Source: an uncultured Alphaproteobacteria bacterium (GTDB taxonomy: Bacteria > Pseudomonadota > Alphaproteobacteria > CAAHEQ01 > UBA3637). From it: a stretch of DNA of 35,042 nucleotides. Positions 17,641 through 25,539 of the stretch are shown one piece after another (within the stretch, counting starts at the first letter, position 1; each line of letters starts with the position of its first letter). The DNA is taken from the NCBI GenBank assembly GCA_947629595.1, contig CANREI010000002.1, positions 1 through 35,042 on the forward strand. Reading direction: 5' to 3'. Under the pieces are notes generated by a model. It had not been told where the DNA came from, ran no database searches, and saw nothing but the letters and a program-made list of their open reading frames with translations. A program made the translations under genes and the position numbers.

Positions 17641-18666
17641 ATGAAACCAACGGAAAACCCGAATATTTTTGATTTTGCCACCAGTGAACTGTCGCAAGAT
17701 GCGTTTATTTGTTATATGCTCAATTTTGATGCGCCTGCCAAACTTTTTTTGGAAAAGTGTAACATTACAGGCGAAAAAATTGTTAATATAAAACGACAAT
17801 ATTCGGCTAACACGCCCAAATGTAAAGGACATATTGATATTTTGGTTGAAACAGAAAAACATTACTTGATTATTGAAGATAAAACCGGAACAAATGAACA
17901 CGGTAATCAAATTCAAAGATATTGTGATGCCCTTTTAAAGGATTCATCTTCAGATAAAAACAAACCAATTCATGCTTGTTATGTTAAAACAGATTATCTG
18001 TCAGAGCAGGAAAAAAATGACCTGAAGGAAAAGCATCCTATTTCCTTTATCTGTTTAAAAGACTTATTAGACTGTTGTGTGACACAACAATTCAAAGATA
18101 ACTCTATTGCCAAACAATGGTATGAACATTTTGTGAAGAACTACAATTTCATGCAGGAAGAATTAACCAAAGAGTTGAGTTACAAAACACAAAACGACAA
18201 ACGTATTTATCTTGATCGATTAACAACCAAAATCAAAAAGGAAACCGACAATTTATATAAAGATGCGTGGTGGTTCCTAGCTTCCGGTGCTGACAAAACA
18301 CCTCATATTGAGCTTTGCTGGCCTGAAAGAAAAAAAGTAACCAACCATTGGGGGCAACCGGCTTTCTACGTGATGCCGGAAAACAAAGAAAAACCCTTAC
18401 GACTTGTTGTAAAATATCATTTCTATGACGCCGAAAAAGGAGGAAGTCGTATCAAAACGCCTTATTCCGACGTTGACAAAGAAAAATTAGAAGAAATCAG
18501 AAAAAATCTACCTCAACCGGAGGGCTGGAAAGTTAAAAATGTCAAGAAAAAAGACCTTTTAATGCTTATAGAGAAAGAAGTGAAAGAAGAAGATTTGATA
18601 AACACGCTCAAAGCCGAAAAAAAGAATATTGAAAAAATTTTCGCTGCGATTGAGGCAATCAACTAA
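17641..18666 (+). CDS. PD-(D/E)XK nuclease-family protein (341 aa) with an uncharacterised C-terminal domain
   Basis: The N-terminus NIFDFATSELSQDAFICYML, followed by GHIDILVETEKHYLIIEDKTGTNEHGNQIQRY, gives D66-x12-E79-x-K81 plus a QxxRY helix. That is the PD-(D/E)XK signature. Residues about 170-341 show no motif I recognise. Confidence 0.7.
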   Translation: MKPTENPNIFDFATSELSQDAFICYMLNFDAPAKLFLEKCNITGEKIVNIKRQYSANTPKCKGHIDILVETEKHYLIIEDKTGTNEHGNQIQRYCDALLKDSSSDKNKPIHACYVKTDYLSEQEKNDLKEKHPISFICLKDLLDCCVTQQFKDNSIAKQWYEHFVKNYNFMQEELTKELSYKTQNDKRIYLDRLTTKIKKETDNLYKDAWWFLASGADKTPHIELCWPERKKVTNHWGQPAFYVMPENKEKPLRLVVKYHFYDAEKGGSRIKTPYSDVDKEKLEEIRKNLPQPEGWKVKNVKKKDLLMLIEKEVKEEDLINTLKAEKKNIEKIFAAIEAIN

Positions 18667-18685
18667 CCCTGTCATCATTTGACAT

Positions 18686-18724
18686 ACCTCCTTTTTATAC
18701 TGTCCGTATTGAAAGGAGGTTTTT
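18686..18724 (+). terminator. Strong hairpin plus U-tract between the nuclease gene and the 145-aa gene; its 3' arm contains the downstream Shine-Dalgarno
   Basis: ACCTCCTTT (18686-18694) pairs with AAAGGAGGT (18712-18720). An inner ATAC/GTAT stem extends it, with a 5-nt loop. TTTT follows at 18721-18724 and the ATG at 18725. Confidence 0.5.
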
Positions 18725-19162
18725 ATGAAAAATTTATTTGCTTATATACCCGATAACCGGATTATTCCGCTCATTGAAAACATAAATCTGCCGCAAGGGA
18801 TTCGTCCCGTTGAGATAAATGACTTATGTTACTTTCCTTATCAAACTGTTGAAAACTGCATTATTCTTTTGAGTCTGACCGGGCGGGAAGTTCTGCGCGA
18901 AAAAGAAACAAAGCTGATACAAGCCGTTTTAAACGCTCCCAAAACAACCGTTTTTTTGCTTTTAACGCCTTTTAATTTTGAAACCGAAACGAATTTAAAT
19001 CGGGTTTATGAACAATTAAAAATGCTTTATGAACATCAAGTCAATTTTGAAGAATTGGTATTGAACGAAAAACCTTATTTGACTTATGAACAAGCTTTTC
19101 AAGAAATTCGACAAGTGATCGAGTTAATTGCTCAAGCGATCTTTAAAACATTTAACGGTTAA
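18725..19162 (+). CDS. Orphan 145-aa protein of unknown function, co-oriented with the nuclease gene
   Basis: ORF with a strong SD (AAAGGAGG) 5 nt upstream. There is no signal peptide, no transmembrane segment and no recognisable motif. Confidence 0.55.
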   Translation: MKNLFAYIPDNRIIPLIENINLPQGIRPVEINDLCYFPYQTVENCIILLSLTGREVLREKETKLIQAVLNAPKTTVFLLLTPFNFETETNLNRVYEQLKMLYEHQVNFEELVLNEKPYLTYEQAFQEIRQVIELIAQAIFKTFNG

Positions 19163-19185
19163 ACAGTGCGGAAAATACATTTTTC

Positions 19186-19214
19186 TTGAAATAAGGTATA
19201 AAATCGTGTATAAT
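19186..19214 (+). promoter_or_regulatory. Second copy of the 570-aa-gene promoter
   Basis: TTGAAA (19186-19191), a 17-bp spacer, then TATAAT (19209-19214). The 36-nt block 19179-19214 matches 14075-14110 with 2 mismatches. Confidence 0.5.
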
Positions 19215-19234
19215 GGCATTGGGAATGGTATGAA

Positions 19235-19394
19235 TCTGTTCCTGGAACCGTTCAGGCAATCAATACGGCTGAGAATTTATTTGTAAAAAAATCAGAAGCA
19301 GCCAGAAAGGAATTATTTGAAAACAAAAATCAACAACCCAATTTAGCTGCTACAATCAAACAAAACGCACAAGAATATTCGGAAGAAGAACTCA
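19235..19394 (+). pseudogene. Internally deleted remnant of a paralogue of the 570-aa HExxH gene
   Basis: 19235-19300 aligns with 14281-14346 (the SVYGAVQALNTADDLLLKKSEA region). 19302-19372 aligns with 15656-15726 (the RKELFEKENQQPDLAAAIKQNAQ region). The ancestral reading frame is still open across both pieces, but it has no start codon after the upstream TAA. Confidence 0.7.
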
Positions 19395-19868
19395 ATGATA
19401 ATACGTCGTGCAACACCGGAAGATGCTCCATTCGTTAAAAAGGTTCAAGTGGAAACTTATCAAAGTTGTTATCGCGGTTATCTGCCTGATGAGGCGTTAG
19501 ATGCACTTGTTGTCAATGAGGATTATATTCAACGCACTGCTGCCTATATTCAAAAGACAGAGTGTTGGGTTGCACAAACAGATAATCAGATTATCGGTTT
19601 TTCATATATAACCTATCCCGAACCGGATACTTTTGAAATCAATGCATTATATATTCATCCCGATTTTCAACTCAAAGGAATAGGTTCAATGTGGGTATCC
19701 GAACTGTGCGCCGAAAAAAAAGAGAAAGGGTTTCAAAAGCTGGTTGTTTGGACGTTAAAAAACGGTCCGTCTATCGGCTTTTATCAAAAAATGGGATTAA
19801 CTCAAATTGCCGAAGAAGAGAAAATATGGAAACCTTACAATCTTCCCATTATTCGGTTTGAAAAGGAA
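19383..19868 (+). repeat. Direct repeat B, paired with 15945-16430
   Basis: Same alignment as repeat A. Confidence 0.9.
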
Positions 19869-19874
19869 TTGTAA
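19395..19874 (+). CDS. GNAT-family N-acetyltransferase, copy 2
   Basis: 159 aa, differing from copy 1 at 4 residues (D32E, H64N, N77D, K157E). Confidence 0.8.
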   Translation: MIIRRATPEDAPFVKKVQVETYQSCYRGYLPDEALDALVVNEDYIQRTAAYIQKTECWVAQTDNQIIGFSYITYPEPDTFEINALYIHPDFQLKGIGSMWVSELCAEKKEKGFQKLVVWTLKNGPSIGFYQKMGLTQIAEEEKIWKPYNLPIIRFEKEL

Positions 19875-19907
19875 AGAGCTTTAAAGATGCCCTTAAAATA
19901 CAAAAAA

Positions 19908-19933
19908 AGAGGAAAATGTTTTCCTCTTTTTTT
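19908..19933. terminator. Bidirectional rho-independent terminator between GNAT copy 2 and tRNA-Met
   Basis: AGAGGAAA-ATGT-TTTCCTCT hairpin. An A-run precedes it and TTTTTT follows it. Confidence 0.65.
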
Positions 19934-19937
19934 GTTT

Positions 19938-20014
19938 TGGTGGGTCCGGAGGGACTCGAACCCCCGACCAGACCGTTATGAGCGGCCAGCTCTAACCAAC
20001 TGCGCTACAGACCC
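19938..20014 (-). tRNA. tRNA with a CAU anticodon: elongator Met, or Ile2 if lysidinylated. CCA end is encoded.
   Basis: The reverse complement GGGTCTGTAGCGCAGTTGGTTAGAGCTGGCCGCTCATAACGGTCTGGTCGGGGGTTCGAGTCCCTCCGGACCCACCA folds as a cloverleaf. It has a 7-bp acceptor stem, a CT-CAT-AA anticodon loop and a GGTTCGAGTCC T-arm. Confidence 0.9.
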
Positions 20015-20027
20015 GTCGTTAAGCGTT

Positions 20028-20056
20028 ATTCTACCAAAATTCTTTTTAAAATGCAA
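20028..20056 (-). promoter_or_regulatory. Putative tRNA-Met promoter
   Basis: Minus-strand TTGCAT (20056-20051), a 17-bp spacer, then TAGAAT (20033-20028). It lies about 13 nt upstream of the mature tRNA 5' end. Confidence 0.4.
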
Positions 20057-20137
20057 GATTTTTTTCATCATCTTAAAAATATTCTTTTCAACCGACTTTT
20101 TTCCGTTCTTTTTTTTACAAAAAAACTCTTTTTTTAT

Positions 20138-20165
20138 TTGAAATTTTTTAATTTTGTGCTATACT
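20138..20165 (+). promoter_or_regulatory. Putative carD promoter
   Basis: TTGAAA (20138-20143), a 16-bp spacer ending in TGC (extended -10 like), then TATACT (20160-20165). An AAGGAGA SD precedes the ATG at 20199. Confidence 0.4.
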
Positions 20166-20198
20166 CCTTTTATGACTTGAAAAAAGGAGATAACCTCA

Positions 20199-20723
20199 AT
20201 GGAAAATGATGAATATATGTTTAATCCCGGGGATTTTGTGGTTTATCCCACAAGAGGTGTCGGGCAAATTACGGAAATTAAATCGGAAAATATTTGCGGT
20301 CAAAATTTAGAATTCGTTTCCGTCAGTTTTAATAAAGATAAAGCTACCGTTAAAATTCCCGTTGCAAAAATCAAAAAAGAAAATACGGCTTTGCGTCAGC
20401 TGGCTTCCGATTCGGTAATGGATACGGCCGTTCGCGTTTTGCATTCCAAAGCTAAAATCAAACGTGTGCAATGGAGCCGACGCTCTCAGGAATATATGGA
20501 AAAAATTAAATCCAACAATCCCATTGCGTTGGCGGAAGTGTTGCGTGATTTATATAAAGATCCCGAAAAACATGAGCAAACATACAGCGAGCGGCAAATC
20601 TATGATCAGGCGTTCGGATTGTTTGTTCCCGAATATGCGTTGGTGCATAAAATTAAGGAAGATGAAGCTTCGGCACAACTTTCTTCCATTTTAAAGAACA
20701 GAAATACATCAACCGAATCATAA
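20199..20723 (+). CDS. carD: CarD/CdnL-family RNA-polymerase-binding transcription factor
   Basis: The GDFVVYPTRGVGQITEI N-terminal Tudor-like motif and the C-terminal helical part (RRSQEY...LRDLY) are typical of CarD_CdnL_TRCF. Confidence 0.85.
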   Translation: MENDEYMFNPGDFVVYPTRGVGQITEIKSENICGQNLEFVSVSFNKDKATVKIPVAKIKKENTALRQLASDSVMDTAVRVLHSKAKIKRVQWSRRSQEYMEKIKSNNPIALAEVLRDLYKDPEKHEQTYSERQIYDQAFGLFVPEYALVHKIKEDEASAQLSSILKNRNTSTES

Positions 20724-21070
20724 TGTATTCTCAGTATCAAAAAATTGCGCTCATTTGTTTGTCGGCGGCCGTTTTTTCGCTCTCGGCCTGTATGCCGTTT
20801 GTTGATGCGCGCCGTGAAGCCGGTGTTGTTAAATCCGTCGGTTCATCAACCGATAAGAATCCGACCGTTTGTTACGGTCTTTTCGGCTCGCAAGAAGAAA
20901 TTTATGCGCTGGCGGCCAACGAATGTGCCAAAACGGGGAAAAAGGCTGTTTTTAAGCGAAAAGAAAACTTTGCCTGCTATTTATTTACACCGCAAAAAGC
21001 CGTTTATGAATGCCAAAAAACAACCGAGCCCGTGCCACCTTATAAACCGGCTTGCCCGATTGCCCGTTAA
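20723..21070 (+). CDS. Small Cys-rich lipoprotein of unknown function
   Basis: Has a signal peptide with a lipobox (LICLSAAVFSLSAC). The ATG overlaps the carD stop codon (TAATG). Confidence 0.55.
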   Translation: MYSQYQKIALICLSAAVFSLSACMPFVDARREAGVVKSVGSSTDKNPTVCYGLFGSQEEIYALAANECAKTGKKAVFKRKENFACYLFTPQKAVYECQKTTEPVPPYKPACPIAR

Positions 21071-21176
21071 AGCTTGTTTGATGGCCCGTTAAATAAATAC
21101 TTTAAAAACAGAAGTTTTTTTACTCCCTTTTTTGCCGTGTTCTCGTGCGGTTTGTTTATCCCTCCCTGTCCCAAGG

Positions 21177-21273
21177 CCGAAACAGGGAAAATACCGTTAT
21201 TTTTGTACCATTCTCGCCACATAGCGGAACGGCACAAGCACCGAAACAGGGAAAAATATCGTCATTTTTGTAC
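21177..21273. repeat. Two copies of a ~33-bp direct repeat separated by 31 bp
   Basis: CCGAAACAGGGAAAATACCGTTATTTTTGTAC (starting at 21177) versus CCGAAACAGGGAAAAATATCGTCATTTTTGTAC (starting at 21241). They differ by 2 substitutions and a 1-nt indel, with a 64-bp period. Confidence 0.6.
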
Positions 21274-21330
21274 GCATTGTTAATAACCGCTTTATTTTGT
21301 TATCGGTGTTGTTCTTCGGCGAATTAACGA

Positions 21331-21357
21331 AAAAAGCCTTCCTTTTCGGGAAGGCTT
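21331..21357 (-). terminator. Rho-independent terminator of the rpoBC operon
   Basis: Minus-strand AAGCCTTCC-CGAAAA-GGAAGGCTT followed by a T-run. It lies about 25 nt after the rpoC stop codon. Confidence 0.7.
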
Positions 21358-21381
21358 TTCGGGGGGAGTAAAAACACAAAA

Positions 21382-24300
21382 CTATTGCGCTTGCGTTTCT
21401 TTGTTGCGCGCTTCCAAAATTTCTTTGTCGCGTGCGGCAGCCAATTGACGATACCGTTGCGTTTGCGCACCCGTTCCGGCCGGAATTAACCGACCGACAA
21501 TCACGTTTTCTTTCAAACCCAACAGCTTGTCGCGACGCCCTGCCGTTGCCGCTTCCGTTAACACACGTGTTGTTTCTTGGAAGGATGCTGCCGAAATGAA
21601 AGAGCTTGTTTGCAAACTCGCCTTGGTAATACCCAACAAAACCGGTGCAACTTTGGCTTCGCGTCCGCCGGATTTAACGGCTTTGGCGTTTTCGGCTGCC
21701 AATTCGTCTCTTTCGACTTGCTCACCGACCAACAATGTGGTATCACCCGGATCTTTGACTTCCAGTTTCTGCATCATCTGACGGACAATCACTTCAATGT
21801 GCTTATCATTGATTTTCACACCTTGTAAACGATAAACCGCCTGCACTTCTTTGATTAAGTATTTTGCCAATTCTTCAATACCTAAAACGCGTAAAATATC
21901 GTGCGGATCTTTCGCGCCTTCGACAATCATTTCACCCTTTTCGATGATATCGCCTTCATGAACGGCAACCGTCCGTCCTTTCGGAATTAAATATTCACGA
22001 GTTTCCTGACCGTCTGCGGACGTAACAATCACGCGCCGTTTTGTCTTAAAGTCGGCACCGTAATCCACCCGACCGGCAATTTCCGACAAAATGGCCGGAT
22101 CTTTCGGACAACGGGCTTCAAACAACTCGGCAACCCGCGGCAAACCACCGGTAATATCACGCGTTTTGGAGCTTTCACGCGGTAACCGTGCCAACACGTC
22201 ACCGGCTTTCACTTCCTGACCGTTTTCAACGGCAACAACGGCGTCAACCGGCAAATAATACCGCGCTTCGGAACCGCTGGCAGATTTATAAACTTTGCCT
22301 TTGGCATCTAACAAAACAAGGTTCGGACGCCGTTCCGCTTTTGAAGAAACGGGGCGTGTAATCACTTTTGATGTTAAGCCCGTTGCCTCATCAACAACTT
22401 CACGGACAGTTTCACCTTCAATCAAATCTTCATATTTGACTTTACCGTTTTTATCAACAATAATCGGCGTTGTAAACGGATCCCATTCGGCAATACGGGC
22501 ACCCTTTGAAACCGAATCACCGTCGGCAACCATTAACTTGGCACCGTACGGTAATTTATGACGGGCTTTTTCCCGATCATGCACATCACGCAGCGATACT
22601 TCGCAATTTCGTGACAACACAATTTTTTCGCCTTTGGAATTTTCAATCATATTACCGTTTAACACCTTCACTTTGGCATCAAATCCGATATCAATGCTTG
22701 ATTGTTCGGCACCTTTTTGCGCCGTACCGCCAATGTGGAACGTCCGCATGGTTAACTGCGTACCCGGTTCACCGATGGACTGCGCGGCAATAATACCCAC
22801 AACCTCACCAATGTTCACCGGCGTTCCGCGTGCCAAGTCACGCCCGTAACAAGCGGCGCAAATGCCGTTTTCGGCTTCACAGGTTAAGACCGAACGAATT
22901 TTAACGCTTTCAATGCCGAGCGTGTCAATCAATTCAACATCGTTTTCATCGATGAGCTTGTTTTTCGGAACAACAATTTCATCCGTTTTCGGATTTCTGA
23001 TATCTTCCGCTGCCGTTCGGCCTAAAATCCGTTCACCGGTTGTGGCAATAATATCACCGCCTTCAATAATCGGCTCAATGGTAATACCGTTTTCCGTACC
23101 GCAATCTTCCATGGTGATAATGGCATCTTGCGCCACATCAACCAACCGACGGGTTAAATAACCGGAGTTTGCCGTTTTTAAAGCCGTATCCGCCAAACCT
23201 TTACGAGCACCGTGCGTGGAGTTAAAGTATTCCATAACCGTTAAGCCCTCTTTAAAGTTTGAAGTAATCGGCGTTTCAATAATTTCACCGTTCGGCTTGG
23301 CCATAAGACCGCGCATACCGGCCAACTGACGCATTTGCGTTGTGGATCCGCGCGCGCCGGAATGAGCCATCATATAAACGGAGTTAATCGGCTCGCCCGG
23401 AACGGCTTTTGAAATTTCTTTCATCATGGCATCGGAAATATCATCGGTACATTTTGCCCAGGCATCGACCACTTTGTTGTATTTTTCCAACCGCGTAATC
23501 AACCCTTCCTGATATTGCCGTTCATATTCGTTTGTTTTGGCTTTTGTTTCTTCCAACAACGTTTTTTTGGCTGCCGGAATAATCAAATCGTCTTTACCGA
23601 AAGAAATACCCGACAAAGCGGCTTGACGATAGCCCAAATTCATCACGCGATCGGCAAAAATACACGTTTCTTTCTGCCCGCAATAGCGATAAACGGCATC
23701 AATAATTTCCGAAACTTCTTTTTTCCGAATCAAGCGATTCATCAAGCTGAACGGTATTTTGCTGTTATCCGGCAAAATGGAAGCCAATTGCACCCGTCCC
23801 GGCGTGGTATCAACAATATGCGTTCGTTTTTCGCCGTCATCGTCCATAACGGTTAAACGCACTTTAATTTTGGCATGTAACGACACTTTTTTCTCAAACA
23901 ACGCGTGTTCAATTTCCTGCGGACCCGAGAAAATCATACCTTCGCCCTGTTCGCCTTCGCGTTCCATGGATAAATAGTACAAACCCAAAATAATATCTTG
24001 CGTCGGCACAATAATCGGCTTACCGCTTGCCGGCGATAAAATATTATTTGTGGACATCATTAACACCCGGGCTTCCAATTGCGCTTCCGTTGACAACGGA
24101 ACGTGAACAGCCATCTGGTCACCGTCGAAGTCGGCGTTAAAGGCGGTACAAACCAGCGGATGCAATTGAATGGCTTTGCCTTCAATCAATACCGGCTCAA
24201 AAGCTTGAATACCCAAGCGGTGCAATGTGGGCGCCCGGTTTAACAACACCGGATGTTCGCGAATAACTTCCGACAAAATATCCCACACCTCCGGCTTTTC

Positions 24301-25512
24301 TTTTTCAACCATTTTCTTAGCCGCTTTAATGGTGGTAGCCAAGCCTCTTAACTCTAATTTTGAGTAAATAAACGGCTTAAACAATTCCAATGCCATCCGT
24401 TTCGGCAAGCCGCACTGATGCAACATCAATTCCGGACCCACGGTAATCACGGAACGCCCCGAATAGTCCACCCGTTTACCCAACAAGTTTTGACGGAAAC
24501 GTCCTTGCTTACCTTTTAACATATCGGCCAACGATTTCAGCGGTCGTTTATTGATACCGGCAACGGCACGCCCGCGCCGACCGTTATCAAACAAGGCATC
24601 AACCGCTTCTTGCAGCATGCGTTTTTCGTTGCGAATAATAATTTCCGGCGCCCGTAACTCCAACAATCTTTTCAACCGATTGTTGCGGTTAATAACCCGA
24701 CGATATAAATCGTTTAAATCAGACGTGGCAAACCGACCACCGTCTAACGGCACCAACGGACGCAATTCCGGCGGAATAACCGGTAACACGTCTAACACCA
24801 TCCATTCGGGACGAGAACCCGATTCCAAGAAAGCTTCAACCAGCTTTAATTTCTTGACAATTTTTTTCCGTCTGGCATCAGACTTTGTTTCAATTAACTC
24901 CGCCCGCAATTTTGCCGCTTCTGCCGCCAAATCAATTTGCGACAACATTTCTTTAATGGCTTCGGCACCGATTCCGACACGGAAAGCATCTTCACCATAG
25001 GCTTCCAACGCTTCCTGATATTGCTCTTCCGTTAACAAATCGTGTTGTTTTAACGGTGTTAAACCCGGCTCGATCACAATGTATTTTTCAAAATACAAAA
25101 CCGATTCCAAATTTTTAAGCATCATATCCAATAACGTGCCGATTCGGCTGGGCAATGACTTTAAAAACCAAATATGCGTAACGGGACAAGCCAATTCAAT
25201 ATGCCCCATTCTTTCACGCCGCACTTTGGAAAGCGTGACTTCAACGCCGCACTTTTCACAGGTAATTCCCCGATATTTCATTCGTTTATACTTACCGCAC
25301 AAACATTCGTAATCTTTCACGGGGCCGAAAATTTTCGCACAGAACAAACCGTCTTTTTCCGGCTTAAATGTGCGATAGTTAATTGTTTCCGGGCGCGTGA
25401 CTTCGCCGAACGACCATTCCCGAATTTTTTCGGGAGAGGCGATGGAAATACGAATGTCATCAAAAGACTGCGGGGACGGAACCTGTCCGAATGTATTTAT
25501 TAACTCATTCAT
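21382..25512 (-). CDS. rpoC: DNA-directed RNA polymerase subunit beta'
   Basis: 1376 aa with the Zn finger [23 protein letters not shown] and the catalytic [12 protein letters not shown] motif. Confidence 0.98.
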   Translation of the reverse strand: MNELINTFGQVPSPQSFDDIRISIASPEKIREWSFGEVTRPETINYRTFKPEKDGLFCAKIFGPVKDYECLCGKYKRMKYRGITCEKCGVEVTLSKVRRERMGHIELACPVTHIWFLKSLPSRIGTLLDMMLKNLESVLYFEKYIVIEPGLTPLKQHDLLTEEQYQEALEAYGEDAFRVGIGAEAIKEMLSQIDLAAEAAKLRAELIETKSDARRKKIVKKLKLVEAFLESGSRPEWMVLDVLPVIPPELRPLVPLDGGRFATSDLNDLYRRVINRNNRLKRLLELRAPEIIIRNEKRMLQEAVDALFDNGRRGRAVAGINKRPLKSLADMLKGKQGRFRQNLLGKRVDYSGRSVITVGPELMLHQCGLPKRMALELFKPFIYSKLELRGLATTIKAAKKMVEKEKPEVWDILSEVIREHPVLLNRAPTLHRLGIQAFEPVLIEGKAIQLHPLVCTAFNADFDGDQMAVHVPLSTEAQLEARVLMMSTNNILSPASGKPIIVPTQDIILGLYYLSMEREGEQGEGMIFSGPQEIEHALFEKKVSLHAKIKVRLTVMDDDGEKRTHIVDTTPGRVQLASILPDNSKIPFSLMNRLIRKKEVSEIIDAVYRYCGQKETCIFADRVMNLGYRQAALSGISFGKDDLIIPAAKKTLLEETKAKTNEYERQYQEGLITRLEKYNKVVDAWAKCTDDISDAMMKEISKAVPGEPINSVYMMAHSGARGSTTQMRQLAGMRGLMAKPNGEIIETPITSNFKEGLTVMEYFNSTHGARKGLADTALKTANSGYLTRRLVDVAQDAIITMEDCGTENGITIEPIIEGGDIIATTGERILGRTAAEDIRNPKTDEIVVPKNKLIDENDVELIDTLGIESVKIRSVLTCEAENGICAACYGRDLARGTPVNIGEVVGIIAAQSIGEPGTQLTMRTFHIGGTAQKGAEQSSIDIGFDAKVKVLNGNMIENSKGEKIVLSRNCEVSLRDVHDREKARHKLPYGAKLMVADGDSVSKGARIAEWDPFTTPIIVDKNGKVKYEDLIEGETVREVVDEATGLTSKVITRPVSSKAERRPNLVLLDAKGKVYKSASGSEARYYLPVDAVVAVENGQEVKAGDVLARLPRESSKTRDITGGLPRVAELFEARCPKDPAILSEIAGRVDYGADFKTKRRVIVTSADGQETREYLIPKGRTVAVHEGDIIEKGEMIVEGAKDPHDILRVLGIEELAKYLIKEVQAVYRLQGVKINDKHIEVIVRQMMQKLEVKDPGDTTLLVGEQVERDELAAENAKAVKSGGREAKVAPVLLGITKASLQTSSFISAASFQETTRVLTEAATAGRRDKLLGLKENVIVGRLIPAGTGAQTQRYRQLAAARDKEILEARNKETQAQ

Positions 25513-25539
25513 TTTTTTACCTCACTTCTTGAATTGAGA

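Noticed and set aside
13897-20014. Classical integrative island or prophage at tRNA-Met.
   Set aside because: There is no integrase, excisionase or phage structural gene. I could see no duplicated copy of the tRNA 3' end (GGTTCGAGTCCCTCC...) in the island that would mark an att site.
19887-20141. 84-aa ORF spanning the tRNA-Met gene.
   Set aside because: Its middle is the reverse complement of a perfect tRNA cloverleaf. The rest is a T-rich spacer.
21177-21273. Possible CRISPR array.
   Set aside because: There are only two repeat copies. They are imperfect (2 substitutions plus an indel), and there are no cas genes in the window. It is kept only as a low-interest repeat observation.
21074-21379. 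Small ORFs 21074-21283, 21145-21327 and 21197-21379.
   Set aside because: They have no RBS, overlap one another in different frames and run across the repeat copies. The 21197-21379 ORF also runs across the rpoC terminator. This region is more likely non-coding.
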